Positions 35,798-49,591 of a DNA stretch of 64,000 nt are shown one piece after another (the first letter of the stretch is position 1; each line of letters starts with the position of its first letter). A model generated the notes under the pieces. The model did not search any database. It was not told the DNA's origin and saw nothing but the letters and a program-made list of their open reading frames with translations. The stretch comes from Tubulanus polymorphus (lineage: Eukaryota; Animalia; Nemertea). The stretch lies in assembly GCF_964204645.1 (NCBI RefSeq), contig NC_134031.1, positions 10,168,001-10,232,000 of the forward strand. The letters run 5' to 3'. The position numbers and the translations under genes were made by a program.

Positions 35798-36409
35798 TTA
35801 TTTTATAAATTTATATTCATATGGAAATTGTAATCTCAGTAATAATTTTGAACCTTTATTATTCTTTAATTTATTCATATATTCATCATGTAATTCAGTA
35901 GGTATAATTTGATTTTCTTCCAATGTTTGTTGCATAGATTTTCTATCTTTATTGTAGAATAAAACTAAAAATCTTATATTCTCCCTAAAGTCTTTAACAA
36001 TTGAATTATATTTTTGATTTAAAACCCATGTTGTTATCCCGAAATGTCTCCCAGAGAAAGCTAATTAACATAACTCACTTTCTCCCACTTTTGAATCATG
36101 TAAATTTGCGCAATCATCTATAATGAATAATGTATTTGATCCTTTATAAGTATCAATTGCTATTTTAATACAATTATCTAAATTTTCTTTTACTGTTTTA
36201 GGATCTAATATAATGAACTTTTTTATCTTAACTATATCTCTATTATATGTTTTATTCATTTCATAAGTAGGACAGAATAATATTATATTATCAAAATGAT
36301 TCTTATAAATAGTTTCTAACAAATCTAATATGAAATGTGTTTTACCACTATTGGTTACACCAGTAACTAACATATTATGCGGTTCAAATATAAATAAATC
36401 TTTATTCAT
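35798..36409 (-). pseudogene. Packaging ATPase of fragment C, premature stop
   Basis: GVTNSGKT, LFIIDD. Confidence 0.9.
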
Positions 36410-37487
36410 TTATTCTTTTAATTTTACTAGATAAAATCCATTCATTAAATTTATCATCATACCCTTTATATTTCACCAAAGAATACTTTTTTCCTTTAAG
36501 AGTTTTTGTTTTCAATACTTTTTCTATTTTGTATTCTATTTCATCTGGATTTGGTACAAGTGATAATTCTTGTTCATAGAAATAACCTAATATTTCTTCA
36601 TCTTTTAGATCTTCTAATTTATAAACAAATGGTTTTGTTCATATTATCTTTTTGATCTTGAATATTTCTTCAGTAAAATTTGGAGTATAACCTTTATAAA
36701 ATGTTTTTCTATATTTAGATATTCTGACATGTTGTCCTATTTTAAATTTAGGTTCACCGAAATCATGTGTAACAAATGCTCCATATAAATTATTCCAAAC
36801 TATTTCTGAATTATCTTCTTTTCTAGCTTGTATAGGTTTCATATTTATAGAACTATGTTTAGAATTATTATAACCTTTCACTAAATCATCTAATACATCG
36901 ATATATTTATATGTTTCATTAGCAGTAAAATATTTCCACATTCTAGTTTTCAATGTTTTATTAAATCTTTCTATAATAGATGCTTTTTTATCTGAGTGTG
37001 TTGAAAAATAGTCTACATCAATATCAGATAATAGTATTTTAAAATGTTTGTTATAAAATTCTTTACCTTCATCAAATTGTATCTTATCTGGAATAGCTTC
37101 TTTAAATATAGATTTAAAAGCATTTGTTACTTCTATACCAGTTTTATTTTTGATTTGAATTGACCATGCGTATCTACTGAATATGTCTATAACATTCAGT
37201 ATCCATAAATATCCTTTGTTGGATTCTTCTAAGTTCTTCATGTCAATTAAATCTGCTTGCCATTGTTGATCGATATATGAAACCATAACTTTTCTTGTTA
37301 AATAAGTTTTATCCATTTTCTTGTGGATTTGATATGTTGGTTGATTTTGTAACCATGATTTCAATTCACTATATTTTATATTTTCATTATCAGATTTAAT
37401 TTTATTCCATAATTCTGAAACGTTAGAATATGATACTTCACTTTCTGGGTTATAATATAAATCTCTTAAATATTGTTCTTTTTTCAT
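36402..37487 (-). pseudogene. Chromodomain integrase of fragment C, disrupted at ~36640
   Basis: WQADLIDM, FDEGKEF, IERFNKTLK. Confidence 0.9.
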
Positions 37488-37884
37488 CTTATTTTAATCC
37501 ATTAATAATAATTTAGATTTAGTTTCAATGGTTTTATGATTTGACTTATTTTCTGGTATGATAGGTTTATTGTCTGTACACGGATAACTAAGTTTTCGAT
37601 CATCATTGGAATCATCTTTATCATCAGATTTGAATTTTGATTTATATATTACACCAGATAATATAATAACTGTTACTAATCCAATTGTAATATATAAGTA
37701 ATTATAACTTCCAGCATTAGAAGAATTAGATGGATTATTATTTGAATTAATATCAGATAAAGTCTGTGATTCATTTATATCAGTTAATTTCTTTTTCTTA
37801 GCTTTTTTTAATTCTGAAGATCTTTTACCTAATTCCTTTGCCCACTGTATTTGTTTCTCGGATCAAGGCTTTTTCTTAACGCCA

Positions 37885-38487
37885 TCACTCATTTATTTTA
37901 GTTAATTTTTGTTCTGATTCATTTTCTGTTTCGGCGTTTGGTTGTAGTACATCTGTTTCGTTCTTACCTGATTTATATTCCATAGGCTTGATATTCGAAA
38001 ATGTAATGACACCAGTAGAAATTAATGTCATAACCGATCCTAATTGGAATGAAGCATAACCAACCCATTTTTGTAATTCAGTCATAACTAAGTAGTCATT
38101 TTTCAAATCACTATATAATTTATTTTCATCATCAATTGGTATTAACTGGTTACATAACTTTGAATAACATTTGACAATACCATCTGAAATAGAATCATTC
38201 ATTCTAGCTAATGTTGCTTCTTCATAAATCTTAAAATATTTTATTACTTTATCGGGTTTCATAGCATCTAATTCTTGAAAAGTAATTATCTTAGTTAAAA
38301 ACTCTTTAGATTTCCCGCCAGCAATTAGTAATTCAAGATGGTGTTTACAATATAAATAGTATTCATAATCGATATTACAATAAACTTGAGCACAATTAGT
38401 TACAACTGTATCTTTATTATCACTTATACCCAAATCATCTAATGTCTTTTCAATATCAATACTATTCTTACTCGATTTCTTTGACAT
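37885..38487 (-). CDS. Conserved Polinton ORF (MSKKSSK family), intact
   Basis: Four homologs in the window. Confidence 0.8.
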   Translation of the reverse strand: MSKKSSKNSIDIEKTLDDLGISDNKDTVVTNCAQVYCNIDYEYYLYCKHHLELLIAGGKSKEFLTKIITFQELDAMKPDKVIKYFKIYEEATLARMNDSISDGIVKCYSKLCNQLIPIDDENKLYSDLKNDYLVMTELQKWVGYASFQLGSVMTLISTGVITFSNIKPMEYKSGKNETDVLQPNAETENESEQKLTKINE

Positions 38488-38797
38488 TTATATTAGAGAA
38501 AAAAGCGAAAAAAAATATAAGTATTATAAAATGTTACCAGTATCTCTTTAGATTTATACTAGCTTAGTTAAAGGTAAAGAATTTTAGTATCAGTTATTGT
38601 TTTTTTAGTATTTTTTTATTTGTGATGTAAAGTATTCTCTTTTGAAAAGAATTGTAAAAGAAAATATCAAAAATTAAAATAGAAATAATGGCTAGTTGAA
38701 GTTATTGTTTTTTTAATATATTTTATTTGAATTCTATTTGATATCTCACTACTTTTGTTTATCTATTAGGAGCAGTAATTTTAACTGTCCAGATAAG

Positions 38798-39013
38798 TCA
38801 TTTCGGATCCTTGATATCAAATTCCTCAACGTATTGTTCATTATTTGGATCATTGTTCCATTGATCAATAAATTTCTTTGCCTTTGTTAACTGTTCTAAA
38901 TATAACTGTAAATCTAGTTTATTAGATTTTATTTTATTTTCTTTCTTTTCAAGAGGTCTTAAATTTTTCCAATTCCAAATAAGTTTTTTATTGTATTCAT
39001 CATTCCTTTCCAT
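38798..39013 (-). CDS. 71-aa HNH-C-terminus-derived ORF
   Basis: Copy of 30147-30362 with a TAAATG start. Confidence 0.55.
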   Translation of the reverse strand: MERNDEYNKKLIWNWKNLRPLEKKENKIKSNKLDLQLYLEQLTKAKKFIDQWNNDPNNEQYVEEFDIKDPK

Positions 39014-39938
39014 TTATAAATCAAATTTTTATTAAAATTGCTTAACATTTTAGAATCCTCTTCCATTTCTTCGACTAACGTCATCCTTTTTCATTCCTCG
39101 CTGCTTTTGATAAGTCATTTCGGATCCTCGATAATAAATCCTCAACTGAAAATCAATTCAACGAAACGACTGGTGGAAATATTATTTCATAAACACATAT
39201 ATTTATTATGTAAATTTTAGCGATCGATAATAGAACAATGGAGAACAATAGAAAAGCGGTCCAATCGGACCGGTTATTGCGCAATACACAGTTATATTTT
39301 TATTCTGTAAACTACAACATTCAAACATAGAAATGTAACCAATCAATATTGAGCAGCTGTTTCCGTCAACAACGATCAATAATAGAACAATGGAGAACAA
39401 TAGAAAAGCGGTCCAATCGGACCGGTTATTGCGCAATACTTAGTTAACAGTAATCAATACAATATTAAAACAGATATATACAATCGAGATTACATTTTTT
39501 GATATCTAAGACCTTCAGTGTTATAATTTATAATTTTGTCCAGAATTCTTTAATTACTGGATTGTTTCCAATCATTTCTTCAATTTCTGGTAAATGTCTG
39601 ACTACTTCACTAAATGCTAATCCTAATATTTTGAATTTTTCATATTTTATTAATCTACCTACTCTTCTCAGTTTTCTTTCAAAACCGGCACTGATATCTA
39701 TGTTCTTTTTAACCCACAGCCCCCAAGAAATCCCCTCAGTTTCTTTATCAAACATTGAAAACCCTATATTTAGATAACCCCCGAAAATGATGTGGTCCCA
39801 TAGGTGATTTGCTTTTCTATTTAATATGGTTTTATAACTTTTTTTAAAAGATATCAGTAATTTCAGCAAATGAAATGACTTCTACACTTTGTATTTCCGG
39901 AAAGTTTAAATGATCTGTGTCAATGATTAATTTAGATT

Positions 39939-40256
39939 TTAGAACTCGTTCAACTCTTCTCCACTCATTTTCTTAGTTTTCGATTCTTTGAGTCCCAACA
40001 GCAATTTAAGTCGCGTTGCTGGTAATTTTGGTAATTGTAGTTCGCGCGGTAATGGTTTATTATGTATTACATCACTCAGAATTTTCACCATTTCTTGATG
40101 ATAGTCCAAATGTTCTTGTAATTTTTGTGAAGTTTGTTCGTCAATTACGAGAGTTTCATCCTCCATTTCTATTGATTCCTGAGTTTCACTATCCAGCAGC
40201 AATCGTTCCTCACCCGTTGGTTGGCTTAGAATTTCCGGTTGATCTTTGTGTTCCAT
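39939..40256 (-). CDS. Hypothetical acidic cargo protein
   Basis: 105-aa ORF in the variable region; no homolog in the window. Confidence 0.35.
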   Translation of the reverse strand: MEHKDQPEILSQPTGEERLLLDSETQESIEMEDETLVIDEQTSQKLQEHLDYHQEMVKILSDVIHNKPLPRELQLPKLPATRLKLLLGLKESKTKKMSGEELNEF

Positions 40257-40622
40257 TTTAATCTAAAAGATATCGTGAAAATGAATTACTGTACTTAAAT
40301 ATGTTTAAAGGTTTCCCTACTTCATAATAACTACAAAAAACGGTACTTACATTTAGATCTAGAACTGTAAACTGTGATTTGAGAGAGAATATCCAATACG
40401 TACTATGTATGTGAAAGTTGATTTCTAACTGCCGACGTGGCGCACGTTCGACCAAACTAATTATTTCTGCATGTTTGCCTGGATTGTAACAGATGTTCTT
40501 TATGATGAAGTTAATTAATTCTTTAGAATTGAAAACAAGATATATTTGGCAACATATGTTTTAGTAGTAAGCAAAAGCTATGTATTATAGACATACAAAG
40601 CTCAAATAGAATTGCCAGCTTT

Positions 40623-41242
40623 CTAACCACTGATTAAAACCTCAGAATGCGGTTGATTCTGTGAAATACTATTCCATAATTCAACAAATGTCTTTGCTTT
40701 ATCCAGTTGATCTAAATATAACTGTAAATCTAGTTTATTAGATTTAATTATGTTTTCCTTCCTTTCGAAAGGTCTTAAATTTTTCCAACCCCATATAAGT
40801 TTTTTATTGTATTCATCATTCATGTTAAATTTAGATATCGGATACACGTGATCAATATGAAAGTATTCACCATAACAACCCAATCTGAACAACCCAATAA
40901 ATTAGATAGTGTTTCTGAATGTATTTCTTTGTTGAATAATTGTATTAATCTAGATCTTAAGCATTGTTTCAATCTAAAATTAAGATCTGTTTTATATTTT
41001 TCTCTCATATATTCTGCCATATAATCATTATAAGATTCTCTATTATCTTCTCGGTATTGTTTGGTATATAGTTTAAAACAAGTTTTACAGCAATATTGAA
41101 AATCATCTTTGCTAATCTTACGCTTATTAAATTCTGTTATAGCTAATTTATCTATTTCACATTTAGAACACTTCTTGTAGTATATATTTATGGCACCAGT
41201 GTTATTTGTAATATGTATAGTTTGTGGTTGTTCTGATTCCAT
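40623..41242 (-). pseudogene. Zn-finger + HNH-like endonuclease, internal deletion/frameshift
   Basis: HIDHVYPISKF...NLRPFERKENIIKSNK. Confidence 0.7.
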
Positions 41243-41489
41243 TTATTATACATATTTTTTTACTAAATTTATTTTAGAAGTTCAATGATTTAAATATGAA
41301 TTATTTCAATCACAGTTTACTAACACTTTTAATGTTTAAAAATCTAACTCATACAGATTTAAATATTGAAATAATGTTGTTAATATATCTATCTATATAT
41401 TCTTTAAGAGCTCACACTTTTATATTGAATAATCCGTCAATTTAAATGTTATTCATATATATGTTATTCATGCATATGAATATTTTAAG

Positions 41490-41681
41490 AGTAATAGGGG
41501 TTTAGTTGTTCTAGGTTAAAGGTTGAATGGTTGAGAAATTTTCCAAATGTGAAATAACAATAATTTCTACTTGAATTAGGAGTGTGCGCGACTAATTCAA
41601 GTAGAAATTATTGTTATTTCACGTTTGGAAAATTTCTCGACCGTTCGACCTTTGATCTAGAACAACTAAACCCCTATTACT
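41490..41681. repeat. 192-bp terminal hairpin of fragment C
   Basis: 90-nt arms with 84 Watson-Crick and 6 G-T pairs; loop GAGTGTGCGCGA. Confidence 0.95.
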
Positions 41682-41930
41682 TGCAATGTTTATTTTGAAG
41701 ATGATGACTAGGTTGAAATAAAAAAATACTGAATTGGAATTTGAAAATACTTTTTGCCCAATTTTTCCCAGAAACGACAATAAAGCGAAAGATAATTTGC
41801 GAAAAAAGGTTAACCAGCTTACTAAAAAGCTGTTCCACGAATTCGGGGAAAACTTCATCTTTATGAAAAGTGAGGTAATGTACAGAAACCGCTGACAATT
41901 TTCATATGCATAATTTTCATATATAAATAA

Positions 41931-42062
<132 letters not shown>

Positions 42063-44924
42063 GTATATCTTTTAAGTATCTTTTTATTCAATAACAGTGC
42101 AAAAAATACACATTAAAAACCACTAAAAAATATATAATAAATTTGAATCGAGTGATGAAATAAATTTGAATCGAGTGATACCGAATCCAGTGCTCACTTC
42201 ACGACGGTGTCGAGTGGAGCTTATTATTCCATCCGGGATAGTGTACTATAGTCATATGTTATATATCAAAATGTTCCTTATTAGTTCCGCTGCATCGCTA
42301 AAAACAAATTGAGATAGGTTTCCCTGCATTTTTTTACATATTACATCACTTACGACGATAAACGTCAGTCGCGACTGAAAAATTCACAAAAACTTCCGCA
42401 TTAAAAGCGCCACCGTACCAATTCAAATTCAATTATATGGATCGGAAACCCTCCAGCGATGCACTCTATGATCTTTAGAACCTGTCTTTGTTGACTGGGA
42501 ATAAGATATTTCTCAGCGCGAAGGGGGCGGGGCGCAGCGTCATCAGGTCCCGCTCCGCGAGGAAGCTAAATTTTCAAAGAAAAGTGCACGCGACGGCCGT
42601 GACCACTTGTTAGTGACGTCATCAAGAAGGATGGCTCCGAGAATCGCCACATCACAGGTTACTGTGAATAAATGGGATTCGACCATTCAAAAGTTCAGAA
42701 TGTACTTTCTTGTTTTGTAAAACAATTTTATTCATGTCGTTATATAAAGCATTTCGTTTGAAACATTCTTTAATAATGTTTGTTGAGTTTAAAGCCAATT
42801 GTCGTTGTGTAATTCGATACTTGTCACTGACATCAAAGTTTTAGTTTCTGTTCACATGTTTCGACTTATAAATATCCAACTTGATTGATTTCAATCCTCC
42901 CTTCAAATAATTATATGAACATTATGCAGGTGGCGCACAATCATAATACATACAACTCATCAAGCTGACGAGTCGTTTCCGTAACCAATGTTACAGACGG
43001 GTAACCAATCTACTCGACTCCGCAGACAACTAAACGACCCGAGTAACCCCCAATTTAACTATAACTATAAATTATGTTATGTTAAACAGTATTGGTGTGA
43101 CTTGACACATCAAATGCGTATCCCGTATTGACATATTTCTATTATCCACTTTTCAAACTATGAATAGCACGCCTGCTCAGAAAACCCTTTATGGCTGCTT
43201 TGCAGCTATATTTATTCTTTTTTTCCCTTTTCCACACAGTTTTTGTTAAAAGTGTAAAGGCTTCCTTACCTTACCGCTGTCGCCGATACAATCCGTATGA
43301 TATCCTTCAGCGCACTTCAATCTCCAGATACTGCATGGGAATTTTGATAAATCCACGTTATAAAGGCACTGTCGAGCCGTGAACATCGGAAATTTGGCTC
43401 CGTTCAATTAGTAGCCATGTTGTGTTTTCTTTCCGAAATTTCTCTCTTCTTTATGAGGAAGAGCTATCGAATTATTCCCTCTCTCCTCCATCTTCACCCA
43501 TCAAGGGATTCGAACCCACTACGCTAAAGCTGTTCCCCGAACCCCTTGACCTCACGAGTCGTTGGAGTCGTTACTAGCCGACCAGAATCCGGTCGTACCA
43601 ATCACAGCGCTTGTAACAAACCGTCAGTAGACTTCTGTTGGTTTTTCCGTTAAATTGACCAATCAGCTAACGTTTTACCGAACAAGGAAGTATTTCGCAA
43701 ATCGATATATGACGTCACGCGCAACAGCGCCAGTAATGAAATCACGCTTCGTGAGGCCAGGGGGCTGGTGGAAGCGAGTTCGGGAGTAATACCGGACCCC
43801 TGGCAAGCGAGGATGTCTCTTCTCCACAATCAATTTCAACGTCAATTTTATGAATTTATTGCTCAGCCGGTCCGAGTCCAAGGGTTTACGAGTCCGGCGT
43901 TCGTGTGTCTGACAGGTTTACGGGCATTTGTTTGTTACCTCTTTAATATTTTTGATTTCTTGTTATTCCGGTTATTTCAATTAAGTATATTGCTGATCAG
44001 TTCATGTAACCAAAAGCGTCAATAAACAGATTTTGAAATGATCAAGTTTAAATCAAGGTCGTTGAGTCGCGGAGGGCTACTAGAATTACGTTCGTCTCAG
44101 AGAGAAAACAAACGACAGAAAAGTATCAGGTGATTATCGATAGCCTACTACGGTTTCACCCAGCACTGGCAGTGGTTGTCTCCACCAGTGATCTCCGTCG
44201 CTCTACGATCCTAGTGTAACCAACCACCCAGACGCGTGCATTCAAATTCGCTGTACAGTTGCCGACCAGAATTTGGTCGGCTTTTTTGTCCGTGTTCAAA
44301 CTGCGATATCTCGGCAAATAAACAACCGATTTTGATAAATAAACTATCTACACTAACCTTATGATGTCTTATGTTGTTCATTATATCATTTTGACGATAA
44401 ATCTGATTTTAGTACATGTGGCGAAAATGGACCCTGTTTCTGTTTAACACCTCTGGTTCATTTTTGTTTCAGCACCTCATCCTTTCCTCCGATATCTCCG
44501 GGTGGGGCGATTTTATTTGTATATATATATATATATGTATCTGTTTTCGATGGTTTAAATTTGTAGTCTGAAAATTTGGACACTGTAAAGTTTTTCGGGC
44601 GTCTCGTTACGGTCTATTCGCGTTCGGGTTTGGATCGGTTTCTGTCGGGAAATAGCACGATCACATCTTTTTATTCGGCTTTTATCGTAAATTCGCGCTA
44701 TAACATTCAAGTTACTTACCTGTAGTCTATTCTTTTGATATCGTTTTTTACTTTAGAACTGCCGTTTGGTAATGTCATAATCCTATTTTCATCATATTTA
44801 CATAGTTTGATTTGTTTTCTTCGGTTCCTCGCTCGGCGAGTTGAGCTTTGTCGCACCGCTAGGCGGCTCACTATTCTCACTAAGTATTTTTAGCGCGTGT
44901 ATTGACTATATTTAATTTCTGGGA

Positions 44925-45269
44925 AGTAATAGGGAATAAGTTGTTTCATACCAAAGGTCGAACGGTCGAGCTCATAAAAAATAAAAAATAAATTCTCGCA
45001 AACTCGAATTTATTTTTTATTTTTTACTCACTCGCCCCTTCAACCTTTGATATGAAACAACTTATTCCCTATTACTCTTAAAATATTCATATATATGAAT
45101 AAAATATAAATGAATAACTTCTAAAATCAATTTTAATAAAAAATTTAGTATTAAAATGGAAGCAAATAAGTACTACCGTCCAACATGTAATATCAGTATA
45201 GATAAATCCCAAAAAGCAAGACACAATAAAACTAAAACACATTTAGAGAATAAATTGAAACTAGAATAT
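44925..45269 (+). repeat. Left TIR of element B, including a 152-bp terminal hairpin (44925-45076)
   Basis: 71-nt arms, 63 paired, loop TCGCAAACTC; the TIR extends into the polB 5' coding region. Confidence 0.92.
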
Positions 45270-48200
45270 AAAGATGATATATTAGAAACTAAATTAGATG
45301 AATTAAACAATGAAAAAGAAACATACAAATGTGATACATGTAATCAATCATTCAGTGATAAAAGATATTATAAAGAACATTTAAAATCTAAAAGTCACAT
45401 TAGAAATAAGAATAATGATATTTTAGGTGAAGATTATTTTGATAAAGATAATGATAAGAAACAGAAGACAATTAAAAGCATAAAAAATAAATTAAACAAT
45501 AAAAGACCATACATGGAAGATGTAAGAAATTATATTAATTCATTAGATAATAAAAAAGATATAGAGATAACCGAAGCATTTAAAAGTGATATTGGTCCAG
45601 CAGCTATTGAGTTTAAATTTCATAAAGGAAAAACATTAGAAGAAAATAAAAAAAATTTAGAAAATATGAAAGAAATAATAAAAATAATAACTGATGTTGA
45701 ATATCCTAAAATAAGTATATCTTCTAAAGTTAAATTCATAAAATCTGAAGATAAACCAATATATAATATAAATTCTCATTCACAACATATTATTTCAAAA
45801 CAACATATAGATGATAAATAAGATAAATGTGATAATGAAGTAAAAACTAAAATGGAAGAGAAATATTTTGAAGGATCTGGTTTAATATTTGATGAAATAA
45901 TATTTATGACCTTACATGTTTATAACACAAAATATAATAAGTTAACTATATCAAAACCAATTGATGAAAATAATGTATCATATTATAAAGAACCAGATAT
46001 TGAAGCATCGAGTTATATTAAACTACCATTTAAAACTAATGCTGTAATAAATGTACAAAATTTTGATGATAAATGTTTTCTATGGACAATTATAAGTTGC
46101 TTACATCCAACAGAAGATATTACACATAGTTTTAGATTAACTCATTATAAACCATTTGAAAATAATTATAAGATAGATAAGTATCCTGTTATAATTAAAA
46201 ACATCCCAAAAATAGAAAGAGATAATAATTTAAGAATAAGTGTATTTGATTTAATCAAATTACCAAATACAAGAGGTAACAATATAAAACATTATACATT
46301 AGAACCTTTATATCTATCAAAAGATTATGATTCAAACGATGTTATAGATATATTATATTATGAGAATCATTATATGTGGATTAAAAGTTTGATTTATTTT
46401 TTTAAATCAGAAAATGATTTTGATAATAAAATATATCTATGTAGAAAATGTTTACATAAATTCAGAACTGAAAGTGCATTATTAAATCATAAACAATTAT
46501 GTGAAAATCATGATTATTGTAAATTAGTTTTACCAAATGAAAAAGATAAAATGTTAGAATTCAAAAAATATGATTACAAAAATAAAGTACCATTTGTTAT
46601 ATATGGAGATTTTGAATCATTAAATAAAGAACTAACTGATCAAGATAGAAAAGAAATATATTATAAATGAAAGAAATTAAATTCTAATGAAAAAGATTTT
46701 TCAGATGAACCACCAAAAACAAATACTATTAAAAAGATTCATCAATCAGCTGCTGCTTTCGGGTTATATATAAAATCTGATTATCCAGAACTAATTAAAA
46801 GTGAATATTATCATTATAGAAATGAAAATGTTATCAATCATTTTTGTGACTTATTAATTGAATATGAAATACGATTTAGTAAATTATTGAATACAAATAT
46901 AGAAATTATAATGACAGAAGAAGGTAAAGAAGCATTTGCGTTTGCAGATAAATGTTATTATTGTGAAAAGATATTTAATTATAAAGATAAAAAAGTAAGA
47001 GACCATGATCATTTGAATGGAAAGTTTAGAGGCACTGCGCATGAGAATTGTAACTTACAAGCTAAGAAAATCAATTTTGTACCAGTTATATTTCATAATC
47101 TATCAGGATGCACATTTATTTATCAAACAGTTATGTCATAAAATAGAAGAAATCAATAATGAAATAAAAAGATTAAATTCAAATAGATCAAAAGATTTAG
47201 AATGTTAGCTAAAACATCTGAGAATTATATATCATTCCAATTTGGTTGTCTAAGATTTATAGATTCATATAGATTTTTAAACAGTTCATTAGATAACTTA
47301 TCAAAATCATTAGTTGATGATGAATTAAAAATATTAAAACAACACTACCCAAAAAATGTTGATTTTCAATTAATGAGATATAAAGGAGCAATTCCATATT
47401 CTTTCTATAAAAATCATAATGATTTCAATATAACTGAATTATTAAAAGAACAATTCTATGATGAATTAAAAAATGAATATGTTAAAGATGAAGTATATCA
47501 TAGAACATTGAATATTTGGAATCATTTCAAAATAGAAAATCATGGGCAATTAGTAGATTTATATTTAAAATCAGATGTATTATTATTAACCGATATATTC
47601 GAAAGGTTTAGAGATGTAAACCTAAAATATTTTAATATTGATCCATGTCATTGTTATTCATCACCAGGTTTAACATGGGATTGTGGATTAATATTTACAG
47701 ATATGAAAATGGATTTGTTAACAAATATAGATCAATTATTATTATTTGAAAAATCTATAAGAGGAGGAGTTTCAGGTGTATTAGGCGATAGATATTTCAA
47801 TGTAAATGATAACCCTGGATATAAGTTATTATATATAGATGCAAATAATTTGTATGGTTGGGCAATGATGGAACCACAACCTTATGGAGTATTTGAATTA
47901 ACTGAAGTTTTACAGTATGAAAATAAAGATAAATTTGATTGGAAGAAAAGAATTCTAGATATTGCAGATGATTCAGATACTGGTTACTTCTTTGTTGTAG
48001 ATTTAGAATATCCTGAAGATAAAAAATTTAAATCTAGAAATCTAGCTTACTGTCCCGAACATAAAACTGTAACTCATGAAGAATTATCAAATTACCAAAA
48101 AAGAATTAAACCCGAAAATCATATTCATACAGAAAAGTTAATGGTAACTCAAGAAGATAAATATAATTATGTAGTACATTATAGAATGTTAAAGTTTTAT

Positions 48201-49172
48201 TTGAATCAAGGAATGATTATAAAAAAAGTACATAGATATATTTCATTCAGTCAATCTAAGTGGTTAGAAAAATATATAGATTTTAACACCAAACAGAGAA
48301 CTGAAGCTAAAACTGATTTCGAAAAAGATTTCTTCAAGTTAAGGAATAATGCATTCTATGGTAAGACTTGTGAAAATATTAGAAATAGAAATGATATTGA
48401 GTTAGTTAGTAATGGTAAAAGAATTAGACATTTACAATCATATCCTAAGTTCATTGGTAACAGAATATTTGATGAAAATTTAGCTGCAGTTAAAATGAGA
48501 AGAACATCAATGAAATTTAATAAACCAATCTATGTTGGCGCTTCAGTTTTAGAATTATCAAAATTACTAATGTATGAATTCTATTATAATATATTACAAC
48601 CACTTTTTGGAGAAAAACATATAGAAATATTATATTTGGATACCGATTCTTACATATTAAAGATAAAAACTGATAACATAACTAATGATTTAAAAACATT
48701 AAAACATCATTTTGATTTCAGTAATTATCCTAAAGATCATGAATTGTTTAGCAATGATAATAAAAAAGTTACCGGTAAATTCAAAGATGAATTAGGTGGT
48801 GAAGAAATGATTGAATTCATAGGTATTCGATCTAAAATGTATTCATATAAAACTAAAACTCATGAAGCTAAAAAGTTAAAAGGAATAACCAAAAGTGTAG
48901 TAGAAAAGAATATTCATTTCAAAGATTACATCAATTGTATATTCAATGAAGAAGTTAGAAAACATAAAATGAGATGTTTAAGATCTGAAGATCATGAAAT
49001 GTTTATTGAAGAAATTGAAAAGATAAGTCTAAACCTATTTGATGATAAAAGATATATTCTGGATGATGGAATTCATACAGTTGCTTATGGTTGTGATTTA
49101 GATGAATACTTAAAATTTAAAAGAGAAGAAACAAAAGAGAACGAGATACTGAAAAGAATTCTAACGTGTTAA
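45156..49172 (+). pseudogene. polB: Protein-primed family B DNA polymerase, intein-free; several stops and frameshifts
   Basis: YGDFES, YIDANNLYG, NNAFYGK, YLDTDS; fragments 45156-45821, 45852-46670, 46887-47141, 47202-49172. Confidence 0.95.
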
Positions 49173-49219
49173 TCAAATTTAATAATAATAATAATTTTTA
49201 ATAATAATATGTATTATAA

Positions 49220-49573
49220 ATGGAGAGTAAACAAGCGCACAGTGAGAACAACAAATTATTTCTAGATAGAATTAAAGATACTTCAAATGTCAAATCAGTA
49301 GATTATAAATTCAATAAGTTAACAGAATTAACAATCCATAAGAAATATCTAATTACAAATATTGATACAGTTACTAACAAATATGGAGATAAATTAGTTA
49401 TACACTTAGAATATGAAGGATTAAAAGGAAATACATATAAATTCAGAACATATTTACCGGATAGATTTCATAGATTATCAAGTGAAGATTTAGAAGAATT
49501 ATGTTCTGGAGATTTCTATTTCATATACAAAGGTAAGAATGAAAAAGGGCACCATGAAATAGATTTCGAATAA
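49220..49573 (+). CDS. Small viral protein (homolog of 29685-30011)
   Basis: Shared motifs; TAAATG start. Confidence 0.65.
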   Translation: MESKQAHSENNKLFLDRIKDTSNVKSVDYKFNKLTELTIHKKYLITNIDTVTNKYGDKLVIHLEYEGLKGNTYKFRTYLPDRFHRLSSEDLEELCSGDFYFIYKGKNEKGHHEIDFE

Positions 49574-49591
49574 GAAAAATATGTAAAATAA

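Larger units (their letters stand above)
33897..41681 (+). mobile_element. Polinton fragment C: element-I-type terminus + 3' MCP through a hairpin right terminus
   Basis: AGTAATTAG... terminus at 33897-34006; gene order as in the right half of element B; ends ...CTATTACT at 41681. Confidence 0.85.

Noticed and set aside
35685-35912. GYQVLGYLI repeat ORF
   Set aside because: Intergenic tandem repeat that overlaps the ATPase antisense.
11700-41400. One 30-kb element with the two HNH genes as long TIRs
   Set aside because: A separate hairpin terminus at 33360-33514 and the flank comparison are better explained by two elements, one with an internal inversion.
43500-43570. tRNA gene or tRNA-derived SINE (B-box GGTTCGAATCC on the minus strand)
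   Set aside because: No convincing A-box or cloverleaf.
42500-44300. Host promoter (GC box, TGACGTCA, CCAAT motifs)
   Set aside because: Short motifs only; no linked transcript or exon can be supported.
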